Shown here piece after piece: positions 19,310 to 30,741 of a stretch of 64,000 nucleotides of DNA. The notes beneath the pieces were generated by a model that was given only the letters and a program-made list of their open reading frames with translations, ran no database searches and was not told where the DNA came from. The stretch spans positions 3,176-67,175 of the forward strand of contig CALJVC010000081.1 in the NCBI GenBank assembly GCA_937974845.1, written 5' to 3'. This DNA comes from an uncultured Pseudogracilibacillus sp. GTDB lineage: Bacteria > Bacillota > Bacilli > Bacillales > Amphibacillaceae. Within the stretch, counting starts at the first letter, position 1, and each line of letters starts with the position of its first letter. A program made the translations under genes and the position numbers.

Positions 19310-19918
19310 CTATAACTTAAAGAGATCGAGGAAGAAAAAGCGAATCTCCGTTTCACCATTGCTCCCTTCCTCTTCTTCTAACATCTCCTCTTCCGTATGT
19401 TCGGCTAGTTTTGTTTCACCGAAAAAGTCGATAAAACATAAAGGAGGAAAAAGTACACACCACCAATTTTCTCCTTGACCTTCACCTAAAGTGACTAAGA
19501 CAGCTTCATAATCACCAGCCGGATAGACGTAGGGACCATAGGTTTTTTCCGGAAAGGGTACTGCCTGGTCATAGACTACAGAAAAAGTATACGGAACGCC
19601 CGCTTCCTTTAAGGTCTTAGCAATTACCTTTTCTAGGGCTGGAACCTCCTCCGCGATAACCCTTCTAGCAAGCTCTATATCATCGATTTCTTTGACAACG
19701 TGATGAATGTGGGCATTGACATGGTCCCGAACCTGATGTTTCAGAGCTTGGTCTTCCAAGCTATTACTGTTGGCTAAAATTCGTAACCGTACGGCTTCTT
19801 CTGGAATTTTATAATAATAGTTTTCTTCTACTTCCGCTTTTTCCTTTGCTATAAACATGACAAAAGCAATACTTATGAAAGTAATCAGTACAATAGACCG
19901 TAAGACAGACCCTTTCAT
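19310..19918 (-). CDS. spoIIR: stage II sporulation protein R
   Basis: 202 aa with a signal-anchor N-terminus, RLRILANSNSLEDQALKHQVRD and WWCVLFPPLCF motifs typical of SpoIIR. Confidence 0.9.
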   Translation of the reverse strand: MKGSVLRSIVLITFISIAFVMFIAKEKAEVEENYYYKIPEEAVRLRILANSNSLEDQALKHQVRDHVNAHIHHVVKEIDDIELARRVIAEEVPALEKVIAKTLKEAGVPYTFSVVYDQAVPFPEKTYGPYVYPAGDYEAVLVTLGEGQGENWWCVLFPPLCFIDFFGETKLAEHTEEEMLEEEEGSNGETEIRFFFLDLFKL

Positions 19919-19992
19919 TCTATACTCCCCTTGCGAAATGTTTTACTATCAGTATGGGCAAGGGAAAATTTTTTAAACCTAGTAAAACTATT

Positions 19993-20034
19993 AAAAAAAG
20001 ATGGCAACACCTCCGTCTAAGAGGTTTGCCATCT
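19993..20034 (-). terminator. intrinsic terminator of prmC
   Basis: Stem AGATGGCAA/TTGCCATCT with inner ACCTC/GAGGT pairing, followed by a run of seven T on the minus strand. Confidence 0.75.
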
Positions 20035-20050
20035 CTAAGGGCTGGACACT

Positions 20051-20911
20051 TTACACTTGTGCATGGACGATACGGTCTTTGCCGTTAATATCTTGATAGA
20101 TATCCACTTGACTATGGGGAAAACGTTCTAAAATTAAGGCCTCCACCGCCTGGGCCTGGGTTGCACCGATTTCAAAAAGTATGTGACGACTAGGACGGGG
20201 CTTAAGTTCCTTCACTTGATCTAAAATCCGTTCATAGGCAGCCAAACCTTCCTTGTCTGCAAATAGGGCAAGGGCTGGGTCGTACTTTCTTACGGTATCT
20301 GCTAAGGTCGGGGCTTCAGCATAGGCAATGTACGGAGGATTAGAGACAATAAGGTGAGGGTTAATGCCCTCTTCGATTAAAGGACGAAGAAAATCTCCCT
20401 CGTAAAATCGAACCTCTGCCCCCTGGGCCTTCGCATTTTTCTCGGCGACGGATAAAGCTTCGGGGCTTAGATCCGTCGCATAGACCCTTAGCTCGGCCTC
20501 TTCTAAAGCCAAGGTAATCGCAATGACCCCACTTCCTGTTCCTAAATCAGCAACAAGAAGGGGAGAATCTTCCCCACGAAGGGATGTACGAATTGTTTGT
20601 AGACTCCGCTCGACGAGCTCTTCGGTCTCAAAGCGCGGGATAAGCACGTCGCTATTTACATAAAAATCCCGTCCGTAAAAGGGCGCGCTACCAACGAGGT
20701 GTTGAATTGGAACGCCCTCCTTCGCATGGCGTTCTACCAAGGCTCGAAAGCGTTCTACCGTCGCAGGGTCGACCTCCTTTCGCATCGAAAGGAAAAAATC
20801 CGTCCGCGATTGCTTCGCTACATGTTGAAAGAGGATCTCCGCACCCTGCTGTGGACGACCATGGGCTTCTAAAAAAGAAAAAGCCCATTGAAGGACTTTA
20901 TATTGTTTCAT
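20051..20911 (-). CDS. prmC: peptide chain release factor N5-glutamine methyltransferase
   Basis: SAM motif DLGTGSG and catalytic NPPY. The ATG at 20911 lies 1 nt after the prfA stop. Confidence 0.92.
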   Translation of the reverse strand: MKQYKVLQWAFSFLEAHGRPQQGAEILFQHVAKQSRTDFFLSMRKEVDPATVERFRALVERHAKEGVPIQHLVGSAPFYGRDFYVNSDVLIPRFETEELVERSLQTIRTSLRGEDSPLLVADLGTGSGVIAITLALEEAELRVYATDLSPEALSVAEKNAKAQGAEVRFYEGDFLRPLIEEGINPHLIVSNPPYIAYAEAPTLADTVRKYDPALALFADKEGLAAYERILDQVKELKPRPSRHILFEIGATQAQAVEALILERFPHSQVDIYQDINGKDRIVHAQV

Positions 20912-20912
20912 C

Positions 20913-21983
20913 TTATTCACCAATTTGCTCTAGTTGCTTCGTTTGATCGTCTAACAATAAGGCATCGATAAATTCATCAAGCTCTCCATCTAAAACTTGA
21001 TCGAGCTTTTGTAAAGTTAAAGAAATCCGATGATCGGTAACACGGCTTTGTGGGAAGTTGTAGGTGCGAATCCGTTCCGAACGGTCACCCGTACCGACCG
21101 CTGATTTCCGAGTTTGGTCATACTCTTCCTTAGCCTCTTGTTGGTACTTATCATAGAGACGGGCCCGTAACACTTTAAAGGCCTTTTCCCGGTTTTTAAT
21201 TTGGGATTTCTCATCCTGACAACTAACGACAATACCGGTTGGTAAGTGGGTTAAACGAACAGCCGAATCCGTCATATTCACGTGCTGACCTCCAGCACCA
21301 CTTGCCCGGTACGTATCGACCTTTACGTCTTCGTTACGAATTTCAACATCGACCTCTTCCGCCTCAGGTAAAACCGCTACCGTAGCCGTCGATGTATGTA
21401 CCCGACCGCTTGCTTCCGTCTCTGGTACCCGTTGGACACGGTGGGCACCATTTTCAAATTTTAGACGGGAATAGGCCCCTTTTCCATGAATCATAAAAAT
21501 AACTTCTTTAAATCCACCGACTCCGGTCGTCGTTGCTTCGATAATTTCCGTCTTCCAACCCTGGGATTCCGCATAGCGGGTATACATACGATGGAGATCA
21601 CCGGCAAAGAGGGCCGCTTCGTCTCCACCAGCGGCGGCACGAATCTCTACGATAACGTTCTTTTCATCGTTCGGATCCTTAGGTAACAACAATACCTTTA
21701 AAGTTTCTTCTAGTTCTTCTTTTTTCTCTTCTAATTCACTAATTTCCATCTTAATTAAATCGAGCATCTCTTGGTCGCTTTCTTCCCGTAACATCGTGTT
21801 TGCGCCCTCGAGTTGCTCGACAGTTTCTTTATAGGTACGGTAGTGGGTTACTGCCTCGCTTAGGTCGGCTTGTTCCTTGGAATACTCGCGCAATTTATTG
21901 GAATCGTTAATCACTTCCGGATCGCTAAGTAAGTCATTTAATTGGTTGTAACGTTTTTCTAAAGCTTCTAAACGTTCTAACAT
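20913..21983 (-). CDS. prfA: peptide chain release factor 1
   Basis: 356 aa with GGQ motif (SGAGGQHVN) and a PET tripeptide (QRVPETE) at the RF1 PxT stop-codon recognition position. Confidence 0.97.
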   Translation of the reverse strand: MLERLEALEKRYNQLNDLLSDPEVINDSNKLREYSKEQADLSEAVTHYRTYKETVEQLEGANTMLREESDQEMLDLIKMEISELEEKKEELEETLKVLLLPKDPNDEKNVIVEIRAAAGGDEAALFAGDLHRMYTRYAESQGWKTEIIEATTTGVGGFKEVIFMIHGKGAYSRLKFENGAHRVQRVPETEASGRVHTSTATVAVLPEAEEVDVEIRNEDVKVDTYRASGAGGQHVNMTDSAVRLTHLPTGIVVSCQDEKSQIKNREKAFKVLRARLYDKYQQEAKEEYDQTRKSAVGTGDRSERIRTYNFPQSRVTDHRISLTLQKLDQVLDGELDEFIDALLLDDQTKQLEQIGE

Positions 21984-22075
21984 CGTAACACCCCGTTTTC
22001 TTCGCTTCTATATTTAGTATACATGATTTGTTTTTTTCTTCCTATGCTTTTACTTCTCACCGATATTTTGACAAT

Positions 22076-22100
22076 AAAAAACAGGCAATATACATGCCTG
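22076..22100 (-). terminator. intrinsic terminator of rpmE
   Basis: CAGGCA/TGCCTG stem flanked by A and T runs. Confidence 0.6.
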
Positions 22101-22143
22101 ATTTTTATCCAACCTATATGATATCGTATGCCCTAGGGCTGTA

Positions 22144-22395
22144 TTATAAGTTGTACTTTTTCTTGAAGCGATCGATACGGCCACCCGCACGGTCTTCACG
22201 TTGTTTACCCGTGTAAAATGGGTGTGTATCAGAACTGATTTCTACGCGAATTACTGGGTATTCCTTACCGTCTTCCCACTCCATCATTTCATCAGACGTT
22301 CTCGTAGAACCACTTAAAAATTTGTAGTTCGAGCTTGTGTCTAAGAAAATAACTTTGTGGTACTCTGGATGAATTCCTTCTTTCATTTTGTCCAC
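22144..22395 (-). CDS. rpmE: 50S ribosomal protein L31 (type B, no CxxC zinc motif)
   Basis: 83 aa starting MKEGIHPEY (after MDK). Lacks the cysteine pairs of the zinc-binding form. Confidence 0.9.
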   Translation of the reverse strand: MDKMKEGIHPEYHKVIFLDTSSNYKFLSGSTRTSDEMMEWEDGKEYPVIRVEISSDTHPFYTGKQREDRAGGRIDRFKKKYNL

Positions 22396-22489
22396 CCCTT
22401 CTTTCCATCTATGTGATCAATAGCCTTATTATCTTTTCTACACGTCATGTTATTATACCAGTTGTTGAAATTCTTTTCAAGCCTTGTCT

Positions 22490-23767
22490 CTATTTCCGTT
22501 TACTTTTCAATTCTTCGTCAATCTTTTGAAAAAATTCTTCGTTATTTTTCGTCGACTTTAACCGGCGGATAAAGCGCTCCGTAAAGTCTTGGGAGTCTTG
22601 CATCGTTCGACGGATAAGCCACATTTTCTCTAGCTGGTCTTCAGACACGAGAAGTTCTTCCTTCCGCGTTCCTGAACGTAAAATATCGATAGAAGGAAAA
22701 ATTCGTCTCTCGGCTAAAGAACGATCTAAATGTAACTCCATGTTCCCCGTCCCCTTGAATTCCTCGTAAATGACATCGTCCATCCGGGAACCGGTATCTA
22801 CAAGGGCTGTCGCTAAAATCGTGAGGCTACCGCCTTCTTCAATATTCCGTGCCGCTCCGAAAAAGCGCTTAGGACGGTGGAAAGCTGCAGGATCGATCCC
22901 TCCGGATAAGGTCCGACCGCTCGGTGGAATGACAAGGTTATAGGCCCGGGCTAGCCGAGTAATACTGTCCATCAAGACGATGACGTCGTTTTTCTGTTCT
23001 ACAAGACGCATAGCCCGCTCGAGGACAAGTTCAGAAACCTTGATATGATTTTCAGGAATTTCATCGAAGGTCGAGCTAACGACATCGACATTTTCATGGA
23101 CCGAACGTTCAATATCCGTCACTTCTTCCGGCCGTTCGTCAACGAGTAAAATAATTAGTTTTGCTTCCGGATGGTTGACAGAAATACTATTGGCGATCTC
23201 CTTCAATAGCATCGTCTTACCGGCCTTTGGAGGAGCGACGATCAAGCCCCGCTGACCAAAACCTACCGGTGTCATAATATCCATCATCCGTGTCGAGAGG
23301 TGATCCGGCTCCGTCTCTAAACGCATTAAACGATCGGGATAGAGAGCTGTAAGGGCAGGGAAGTGAACCCTTTCCTTCGCTACTTCTGGATCTTCGCCAT
23401 TTACGGCATCGACATGGAGGAGGCCATAATAGCGTTCATTTTCCTTCGGTGGCCGTACCTTCCCCGATACTTTATCCCCATTACGTAAATCGAAGCGACG
23501 AATTTGCGATGCTGAAATATAGATGTCCTCCGCACTTGGCGAGTAGTTAATCGGACGTAAAAAACCGAAGCCCTCCGAAGGAATAATTTCTAAAATTCCG
23601 TCCATAAAAAGAAAGCCGTCTTTTTCCGCCTGACCCTTTAAAATAGCGAAGATCAGCTCTTTTTTCGTTAGTTTGGCATAGTAGGAGATTTTGTAATCCC
23701 TTGCAAGCTCATACAATTCCTTTAATGTGAGCTCCTCTAAATATGAAATCGTTATTTCTTCAGACAC
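22490..23767 (-). CDS. rho: transcription termination factor Rho
   Basis: Walker A PPKAGKT and RNA-binding domain. Very close to B. subtilis Rho. Likely start is the GTG at 23767 behind AGGTGA. The track ORF extends to 23812. Confidence 0.95.
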   Translation of the reverse strand: MSEEITISYLEELTLKELYELARDYKISYYAKLTKKELIFAILKGQAEKDGFLFMDGILEIIPSEGFGFLRPINYSPSAEDIYISASQIRRFDLRNGDKVSGKVRPPKENERYYGLLHVDAVNGEDPEVAKERVHFPALTALYPDRLMRLETEPDHLSTRMMDIMTPVGFGQRGLIVAPPKAGKTMLLKEIANSISVNHPEAKLIILLVDERPEEVTDIERSVHENVDVVSSTFDEIPENHIKVSELVLERAMRLVEQKNDVIVLMDSITRLARAYNLVIPPSGRTLSGGIDPAAFHRPKRFFGAARNIEEGGSLTILATALVDTGSRMDDVIYEEFKGTGNMELHLDRSLAERRIFPSIDILRSGTRKEELLVSEDQLEKMWLIRRTMQDSQDFTERFIRRLKSTKNNEEFFQKIDEELKSKRK

Positions 23768-24097
23768 TTTATGATCACCTATTCTTTTTATAAAATTACC
23801 TATGTAATACACGAAAATCTTATTTATGTATGTGGTTCCTTATGAGTATATGAGAAATGGATCGCTTGCTTCACGCTTCGGTAATGGGTAAGTGGAGTTA
23901 TCATTGGAGAAAAGTAGTGTAAATATAGAGTAGGGACGTTTGTCTTTGGAGTTGCTCATCTGAAGGACAAAGGAGCATCGTCCTATAACCCGTCCCTACT
24001 CGCCTGATATGATGGTCCTTTACTTTACGTCGTGACAGCTATTATCATACAACGTTCATCTAATTTCTTCAACTATATATATTATTTTACATTTCCC

Positions 24098-25066
24098 TTA
24101 ATCTTCTAAAACGTAATTCGGCTTCTTCTTCAGGCTGTGGGTACCGTCAACAAATCGAACGGTGCCACTTTTCGTACGCATAACGACGCTTTGGGTCGTG
24201 GCATGCATACCCTTGAACTGTACACCCTTCAATAGTTCGCCATCCGTGACGCCGGTCGCAGCAAAAATCGCATCGTCCCCCGAACAAAAGTCATCCATGT
24301 AAAAGACTTTATCTAGGTCCGTGATGCCCATCCGTTTACAACGTTCAATTTCTTCATCGTTCGACGGCTGTAACTTTCCTTGAATTTCCCCACCGAGACA
24401 CTTTAAAGCAACGGCGGAAAGCACGCCCTCCGGAGCACCCCCGATACCTAATAGCATGTCGACACCCGTTTGGTCGAAGGCTGTATTAATTGCACCGGCT
24501 ACGTCACCATCTTGGATCAACTTAATTCTTGCACCGGTTTCACGAATTTCTTTAATCAATGCTTCATGACGGGGACGGTTGAGTACGACGACGAGGACAT
24601 CTTCGACATCCTTTCCCTTCGCTTTCGCAACCGCTTCGATATTCTCCCGGGTAGACGCATTAATATCAATCTTCCCGACAGCCTCTGGACCGACGGCAAT
24701 CTTCTTCATATACATGTCCGGCGCGTTTAATAAATGTCCCCCATCCGCAATCGCAACGACAGAGAGGGCATTCCAAGTACCTTGAGCAACGATGTTCGTA
24801 CCTTCTAAAGGATCGACCGCCACATCGACGACTGGTCCTTCACCGGTGCCGAGCTTCTCACCGATATAAAGCATCGGAGCTTCGTCCATTTCTCCCTCAC
24901 CGATGACGACTGTCCCTTGCATCGGAATCGTATCGAAGACGGTACGCATCGCCGTCGTCGCCGCATCGTCGGCTTCATTCCGTTGCCCTCTACCCATCCA
25001 ACGGGCAGAGGATAAAGCTGCTGCTTCTGTTACACGCACTAATTCTAAGGTTAAACTTCTTTCCAC
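24098..25066 (-). CDS. glpX: fructose-1,6-bisphosphatase class II
   Basis: 322 aa with a typical GlpX sequence ([18 protein letters not shown]). Confidence 0.95.
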   Translation of the reverse strand: MERSLTLELVRVTEAAALSSARWMGRGQRNEADDAATTAMRTVFDTIPMQGTVVIGEGEMDEAPMLYIGEKLGTGEGPVVDVAVDPLEGTNIVAQGTWNALSVVAIADGGHLLNAPDMYMKKIAVGPEAVGKIDINASTRENIEAVAKAKGKDVEDVLVVVLNRPRHEALIKEIRETGARIKLIQDGDVAGAINTAFDQTGVDMLLGIGGAPEGVLSAVALKCLGGEIQGKLQPSNDEEIERCKRMGITDLDKVFYMDDFCSGDDAIFAATGVTDGELLKGVQFKGMHATTQSVVMRTKSGTVRFVDGTHSLKKKPNYVLED

Positions 25067-25095
25067 GTTTTCACTCTTCCCTTCGCTACACGTCT

Positions 25096-26385
25096 TTACT
25101 TTAAGTTCAAGCGGTTCTTTTCTTCCTCTGTATCTTCAATCTTTTGAATCCGAGCACCGAGGGCACGGAGTTTTTCAGGCATGTTTTCATAGCCCCGTTC
25201 AATATGATCGATTCCCATAATTTCCGTTCTTCCCTCGGCCATGAGTCCCGCGACGATAAGGGCGGCCCCGGCACGTAAGTCCGTCGCCTTTACTTGGGCA
25301 CCTTCTAATTGAACCGGCCCCTTCACGATGGCTGAGTTCCCTTCCACCCGAACATCCGCATTCATACGCCGTAATTCGTCGATATGTTTAAACCGCGCTT
25401 GATAAATCGTATCGGTAACGACACTCGTTCCTTCCGTCTTCGTTAATAAGGCAGTAAAGGGCTGTTGTAAATCCGTAGGAAAACCAGGATGGACGAGGGT
25501 TTTGATATTGACGGCAGTAAGCTTTGGACCTGGACGAACAGTAAGTTGTTCATCCCGTTGTTCGACTTCTACGCCCATTTCCCGAAGCTTAGAAATTAAA
25601 GACTCTAAGTGTTCAGGAATCACATTATCAATCGTCACTTCCGTCCCTTGAGCGGCAGCGATAATAGCATAGGTACCGGCTTCGATACGGTCGGGAATGA
25701 TCGTATGCAAACAACCGTGCAAACGTTCGACTCCTTCGATCCGAATAATATCTGTACCGGCACCTTTAATTTTGGCTCCCATGTTCGTTAAAAGGGTCGC
25801 AACATCGATAATTTCGGGCTCCTTCGCTGCGTTTTCAATAATTGTCTGGCCCTTCGCCTTTACCGCAGCGAGCATGATATTGATTGTCGCGCCGACACTG
25901 ACGACGTCTAAATAGATCCTTGCTCCTTTTAACTCTTCAGCCTGTAAGTAGAGCGCTCCCTTTTCATTTCTCACTTCGGCACCTAAGGCTTCAAAACCTT
26001 TTATATGTTGGTCGATAGGGCGGGGTCCTAAAAAGCAACCGCCTGGAAGGCCGATAGCAGCCTTTTTAAACTTGCCTAACATCGCTCCCATAAAGTAATA
26101 GGAAGCTCGAAGTTTTTTCACCTTTCCATTCGGTAGAGGTACCGATTCGATTTCGGAAGGGTCGATTTCAATCGTATGAAGATCGGGACGCTCTATTTTC
26201 GCACCGATATCTTGTAGGATCGATTGCAACGTGTCGACATCAGAAATAGCTGGCAATCCTTCGATCGTAACCGTCGAATCCGCTAAAATAGCCGCTGGAA
26301 GTAGGGCAACGGCGCTATTTTTCGCGCCGTTTATGCGAACTGTCCCCGATAAAGGATATCCACCATCAACAATTATTTTTTCCAT
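25096..26385 (-). CDS. murA: UDP-N-acetylglucosamine 1-carboxyvinyltransferase (second paralogue position, murAB/murZ)
   Basis: 429 aa EPSP-synthase fold. GAKNSAV near the N-terminus and the active-site loop [13 protein letters not shown]. Confidence 0.95.
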   Translation of the reverse strand: MEKIIVDGGYPLSGTVRINGAKNSAVALLPAAILADSTVTIEGLPAISDVDTLQSILQDIGAKIERPDLHTIEIDPSEIESVPLPNGKVKKLRASYYFMGAMLGKFKKAAIGLPGGCFLGPRPIDQHIKGFEALGAEVRNEKGALYLQAEELKGARIYLDVVSVGATINIMLAAVKAKGQTIIENAAKEPEIIDVATLLTNMGAKIKGAGTDIIRIEGVERLHGCLHTIIPDRIEAGTYAIIAAAQGTEVTIDNVIPEHLESLISKLREMGVEVEQRDEQLTVRPGPKLTAVNIKTLVHPGFPTDLQQPFTALLTKTEGTSVVTDTIYQARFKHIDELRRMNADVRVEGNSAIVKGPVQLEGAQVKATDLRAGAALIVAGLMAEGRTEIMGIDHIERGYENMPEKLRALGARIQKIEDTEEEKNRLNLK

Positions 26386-26444
26386 AAAAAACCCTCGCTT
26401 TATTTACAAAACCACTTATATTATCGGTATGTTTTACCCGTTCT

Positions 26445-27089
26445 TTACTTCTGGGCCTTCTCCCAATCTTCCTTAAACTGCGCAATTCCTTTATCCGTTA
26501 ACGGATGTTGTACTAATTGGGTCAATACTTGATACGGAACCGTAGCAATATCCGCCCCCTGTAAAGCAGCTTCTGTCACATGGAGCGGATGACGGATCGA
26601 GGCAGCGATAATTTTCGTTTCGATTTGATGAAGTGAAAAAATCTCTGCAATCCTTCCGATGATATCCATACCGTCATGGCCGATGTCATCGAGACGGCCG
26701 ATAAAGGGGGATACATACGTAGCACCTGCCCGGGCGGCTAAGAGGGCTTGGTTGGCACTGAAGATTAAGGTGACATTCGTTTCAATTCCTTCCTCGCTAA
26801 GGACATTTACAGCCTTTAAGCCTTCGAGGGTCATCGGAATTTTAATCGTGATGTTTGGGGCAATCTTCGCCAACTCCCTTCCCTCTTCGATCATGCCCGT
26901 TGCATCATCAGAAAGGACTTCGGCACTCACGGAAGAGGAAACGATCGATGTAATCTCCTTCAAACGTTCGTGGAAGTCGACTCCTTCCTTAGCAACGAGC
27001 GTAGGGTTGGTTGTCACACCATCTAAAATACCAAGGGCCTTTGCCTCTTTAATTTCAGCGATGTTCGCTGTATCAATAAAAAATTTCAC
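26445..27089 (-). CDS. tal: short transaldolase / fructose-6-phosphate aldolase family protein
   Basis: 214 aa starting [10 protein letters not shown] and containing GVTTNPTL. Position corresponds to ywjH. Confidence 0.92.
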   Translation of the reverse strand: MKFFIDTANIAEIKEAKALGILDGVTTNPTLVAKEGVDFHERLKEITSIVSSSVSAEVLSDDATGMIEEGRELAKIAPNITIKIPMTLEGLKAVNVLSEEGIETNVTLIFSANQALLAARAGATYVSPFIGRLDDIGHDGMDIIGRIAEIFSLHQIETKIIAASIRHPLHVTEAALQGADIATVPYQVLTQLVQHPLTDKGIAQFKEDWEKAQK

Positions 27090-27118
27090 CTTTTATCTAC
27101 CCCTCTTATTCTTTTCTA

Positions 27119-27982
27119 CTATGCCCTACCAGATGAACCGAATTCGCGCATCTTTTGAATAACGGTTTCTTTAATGGCATCTCTACCAGGACCCATGTAT
27201 TTACGTGGATCATACACTTCTTTATCGTTATCTAAGATCTCCCGAATGACCTTCGTCTGTTGGATTTGGTTTTCGGTATTAACGTTAATTTTGGCTGTAC
27301 CTAGAGAAATAGCCTTTTGAATATCCTTTAAAGGAATTCCTGTACCGCCGTGAAGCACAAGAGGTACACCGGTTAAATCTCTAATTTCTTCCATCTCTTT
27401 GAAGCCTAATTTCGGTTCACCCTTGTAAGGACCGTGGACAGAACCTAAGGCTGGAGCGAAGCAATCAACATCGGTTTCTTTAACGAGTTGCTCACACTCA
27501 GAAGGAATAGCATACATCGATTCGGCATCATCGACGACGAGATCATCCTCTTGGCCACCGATTCGGCCGAGTTCCGCTTCGACAGATACCCCATGAATAT
27601 GGGCTAGCTCAACGACTTTCTTCGTATTGGCGATATTTTCTTCTAAAGGTAAGTGGGAACCATCATACATTACAGAAGTAAAGCCAGCATGGATGGCTTC
27701 CGCACACTTTTGGAAACTTGAACCGTGGTCGAGGTGAATAGCTACCGGAACCGTCGTGCCATACTCCTCCATAAGAGCTTCGACCATGGCGACAACTACT
27801 TTAAAGCCTCCCATATAACGGCCAGCTCCTTCGGATACACCAAGAATGACCGGAGACTTTTCCTCTTCGGCAGCCTGTAAAATTGCTTGTGCATATTCTA
27901 AATTATTTACGTTAAATTGACCTACTGCGTATTTTTCGTCCTTTGCAATATTTAACATCTCTTTCATCGAAACTAAAGCCAT
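27119..27982 (-). CDS. fba: fructose-bisphosphate aldolase class II
   Basis: 287 aa with metal ligands in HLDHG and LVLHGGTG. Confidence 0.95.
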   Translation of the reverse strand: MALVSMKEMLNIAKDEKYAVGQFNVNNLEYAQAILQAAEEEKSPVILGVSEGAGRYMGGFKVVVAMVEALMEEYGTTVPVAIHLDHGSSFQKCAEAIHAGFTSVMYDGSHLPLEENIANTKKVVELAHIHGVSVEAELGRIGGQEDDLVVDDAESMYAIPSECEQLVKETDVDCFAPALGSVHGPYKGEPKLGFKEMEEIRDLTGVPLVLHGGTGIPLKDIQKAISLGTAKINVNTENQIQQTKVIREILDNDKEVYDPRKYMGPGRDAIKETVIQKMREFGSSGRA

Positions 27983-28120
27983 TAACTACACAGCTCCTTT
28001 AATTTTGATATAGTTAGTCATCTTTATTTTAGAATACCAAGTCAGTTCATCCCTTGCAACTTGTACTAGCCGTTTTCACAGCTTTTTCAAGAAAGTTCAC
28101 ACTTCCTCTATATCCCGCCT

Positions 28121-29737
<1,617 letters not shown>

Positions 29738-29767
29738 TTACCCTCTTTCTTGATTTATCACTTTTAT

Positions 29768-29814
29768 ATAAAATAAAGAAATGCGCTTCCCGAATATGAG
29801 GGGAAACGCATTTT
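29768..29814 (-). promoter_or_regulatory. pyrG leader attenuator (terminator hairpin)
   Basis: Minus strand AAATGCGTTTCCC-loop-GGGAAGCGCATTT followed by a CTTTATTTT tail. Its 5' arm carries a pyrimidine tract (TTTCCCCTC). Lies between the predicted TSS and the pyrG RBS. Confidence 0.65.
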
Positions 29815-29836
29815 TACGTTAATCTTTTGTAAAGCC

Positions 29837-29873
29837 CAATTTAGATATTACTCATAATTTCTTAAAAAGTCAA
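29837..29873 (-). promoter_or_regulatory. pyrG promoter with a GGGC initially transcribed sequence
   Basis: Minus strand TTGACT (29873..29868), 17 nt spacer, TAATAT (29850..29845), 7 nt, then GGGC at 29837..29834. Confidence 0.6.
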
Positions 29874-30015
29874 GTTCCCTAACTAGGGGATATTGCGACA
29901 TTTTTCCTATCTTTTCGCTTCTTTTCTTAAGGGATTTTACTGAGGGAAACCTAGCTGTACCGGTTCTAGGACCTAGACCGTTTAAAGGACTCCGTCTAAG
30001 CTTCCTTCATCGGAC

Positions 30016-30417
30016 TTAGACATATTCATCCATATCTTCATACAATTCCTTTACTTCTTCATCCTCTACGTCTTCTTCATAGTATTCGTCCTCTTCATCG
30101 TAGAGCTCTTCTTCTTCGGCATCTTGCTTCCGGGCTTCGGCCAGAGCCTTCTCACTAGTTTGGTCAGCAGGATACCAACGCTTTAAACCCCAAATGTTGT
30201 TCCCTAACGTCGTAAAGCGTCCATCGACGTTTAAATCGGTATAGAAACGAGCGAGTAGGTCATCTTTTTCCGCTTCGGTAAATTCCTTCCGTTCCGCAAC
30301 GAGATCAAAGAGTTCTAAGAAGTTCATTTCTTTCTTTTCTTCGGCTAAAATCACACCTGCCAGCTCGATCATTGGCATCTTTTTAATTTGGTCTTTGGTT
30401 AACTTTTTTAACCCCAT
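30016..30417 (-). CDS. rpoE: DNA-directed RNA polymerase delta subunit
   Basis: Conserved N-terminal HARE-HTH part (FYTDLNVDGRF...WGLKRWYP) and an acidic D/E tail. Likely start is the ATG at 30417 (MGLKKL) behind GGGGAG. The track ORF extends to 30564. Confidence 0.9.
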   Translation of the reverse strand: MGLKKLTKDQIKKMPMIELAGVILAEEKKEMNFLELFDLVAERKEFTEAEKDDLLARFYTDLNVDGRFTTLGNNIWGLKRWYPADQTSEKALAEARKQDAEEEELYDEEDEYYEEDVEDEEVKELYEDMDEYV

Positions 30418-30656
30418 AAAATCACACTCCCCATCTTGCCTTCTTCGCTTATTTTCAATGTAAAATAACTCTGATAATGCTGTAGTATAACCATTCATCC
30501 CATTATAATCAAGCAACATGAATTTATGCCATTTTTTCAAAAAATTCCGGCAAACCAAGGCCATCTATATCCTATATCTATGCAAGGAAAACTAGGGGAT
30601 GTATCGGCCCTTTGTCACCGAGGAAAAAAGCTAGCGGTACACGAGGAAAAGAAGAG

Positions 30657-30700
30657 AAAAAAGCGGACTAAGCTCCTGAATTTCAAGATACTTAGTCCGC
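30657..30700 (-). terminator. intrinsic terminator after icmF
   Basis: 10-bp stem GCGGACTAAG/CTTAGTCCGC followed by a T run on the minus strand. Confidence 0.75.
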
Positions 30701-30741
30701 TACTTGGCCTAACTATTCCATAAGGGCCCTATCGCTATTCC

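Noticed and set aside
30418-30564. N-terminal extensions in track ORFs, for example 49 extra residues on rpoE. Similar extensions occur on rho, upp, ilvC, leuC, ywhD, ywlE and TetR.
   Set aside because: Internal ATG or GTG codons with good Shine-Dalgarno sequences coincide with the conserved protein N-termini. The upstream residues are unconserved read-in.
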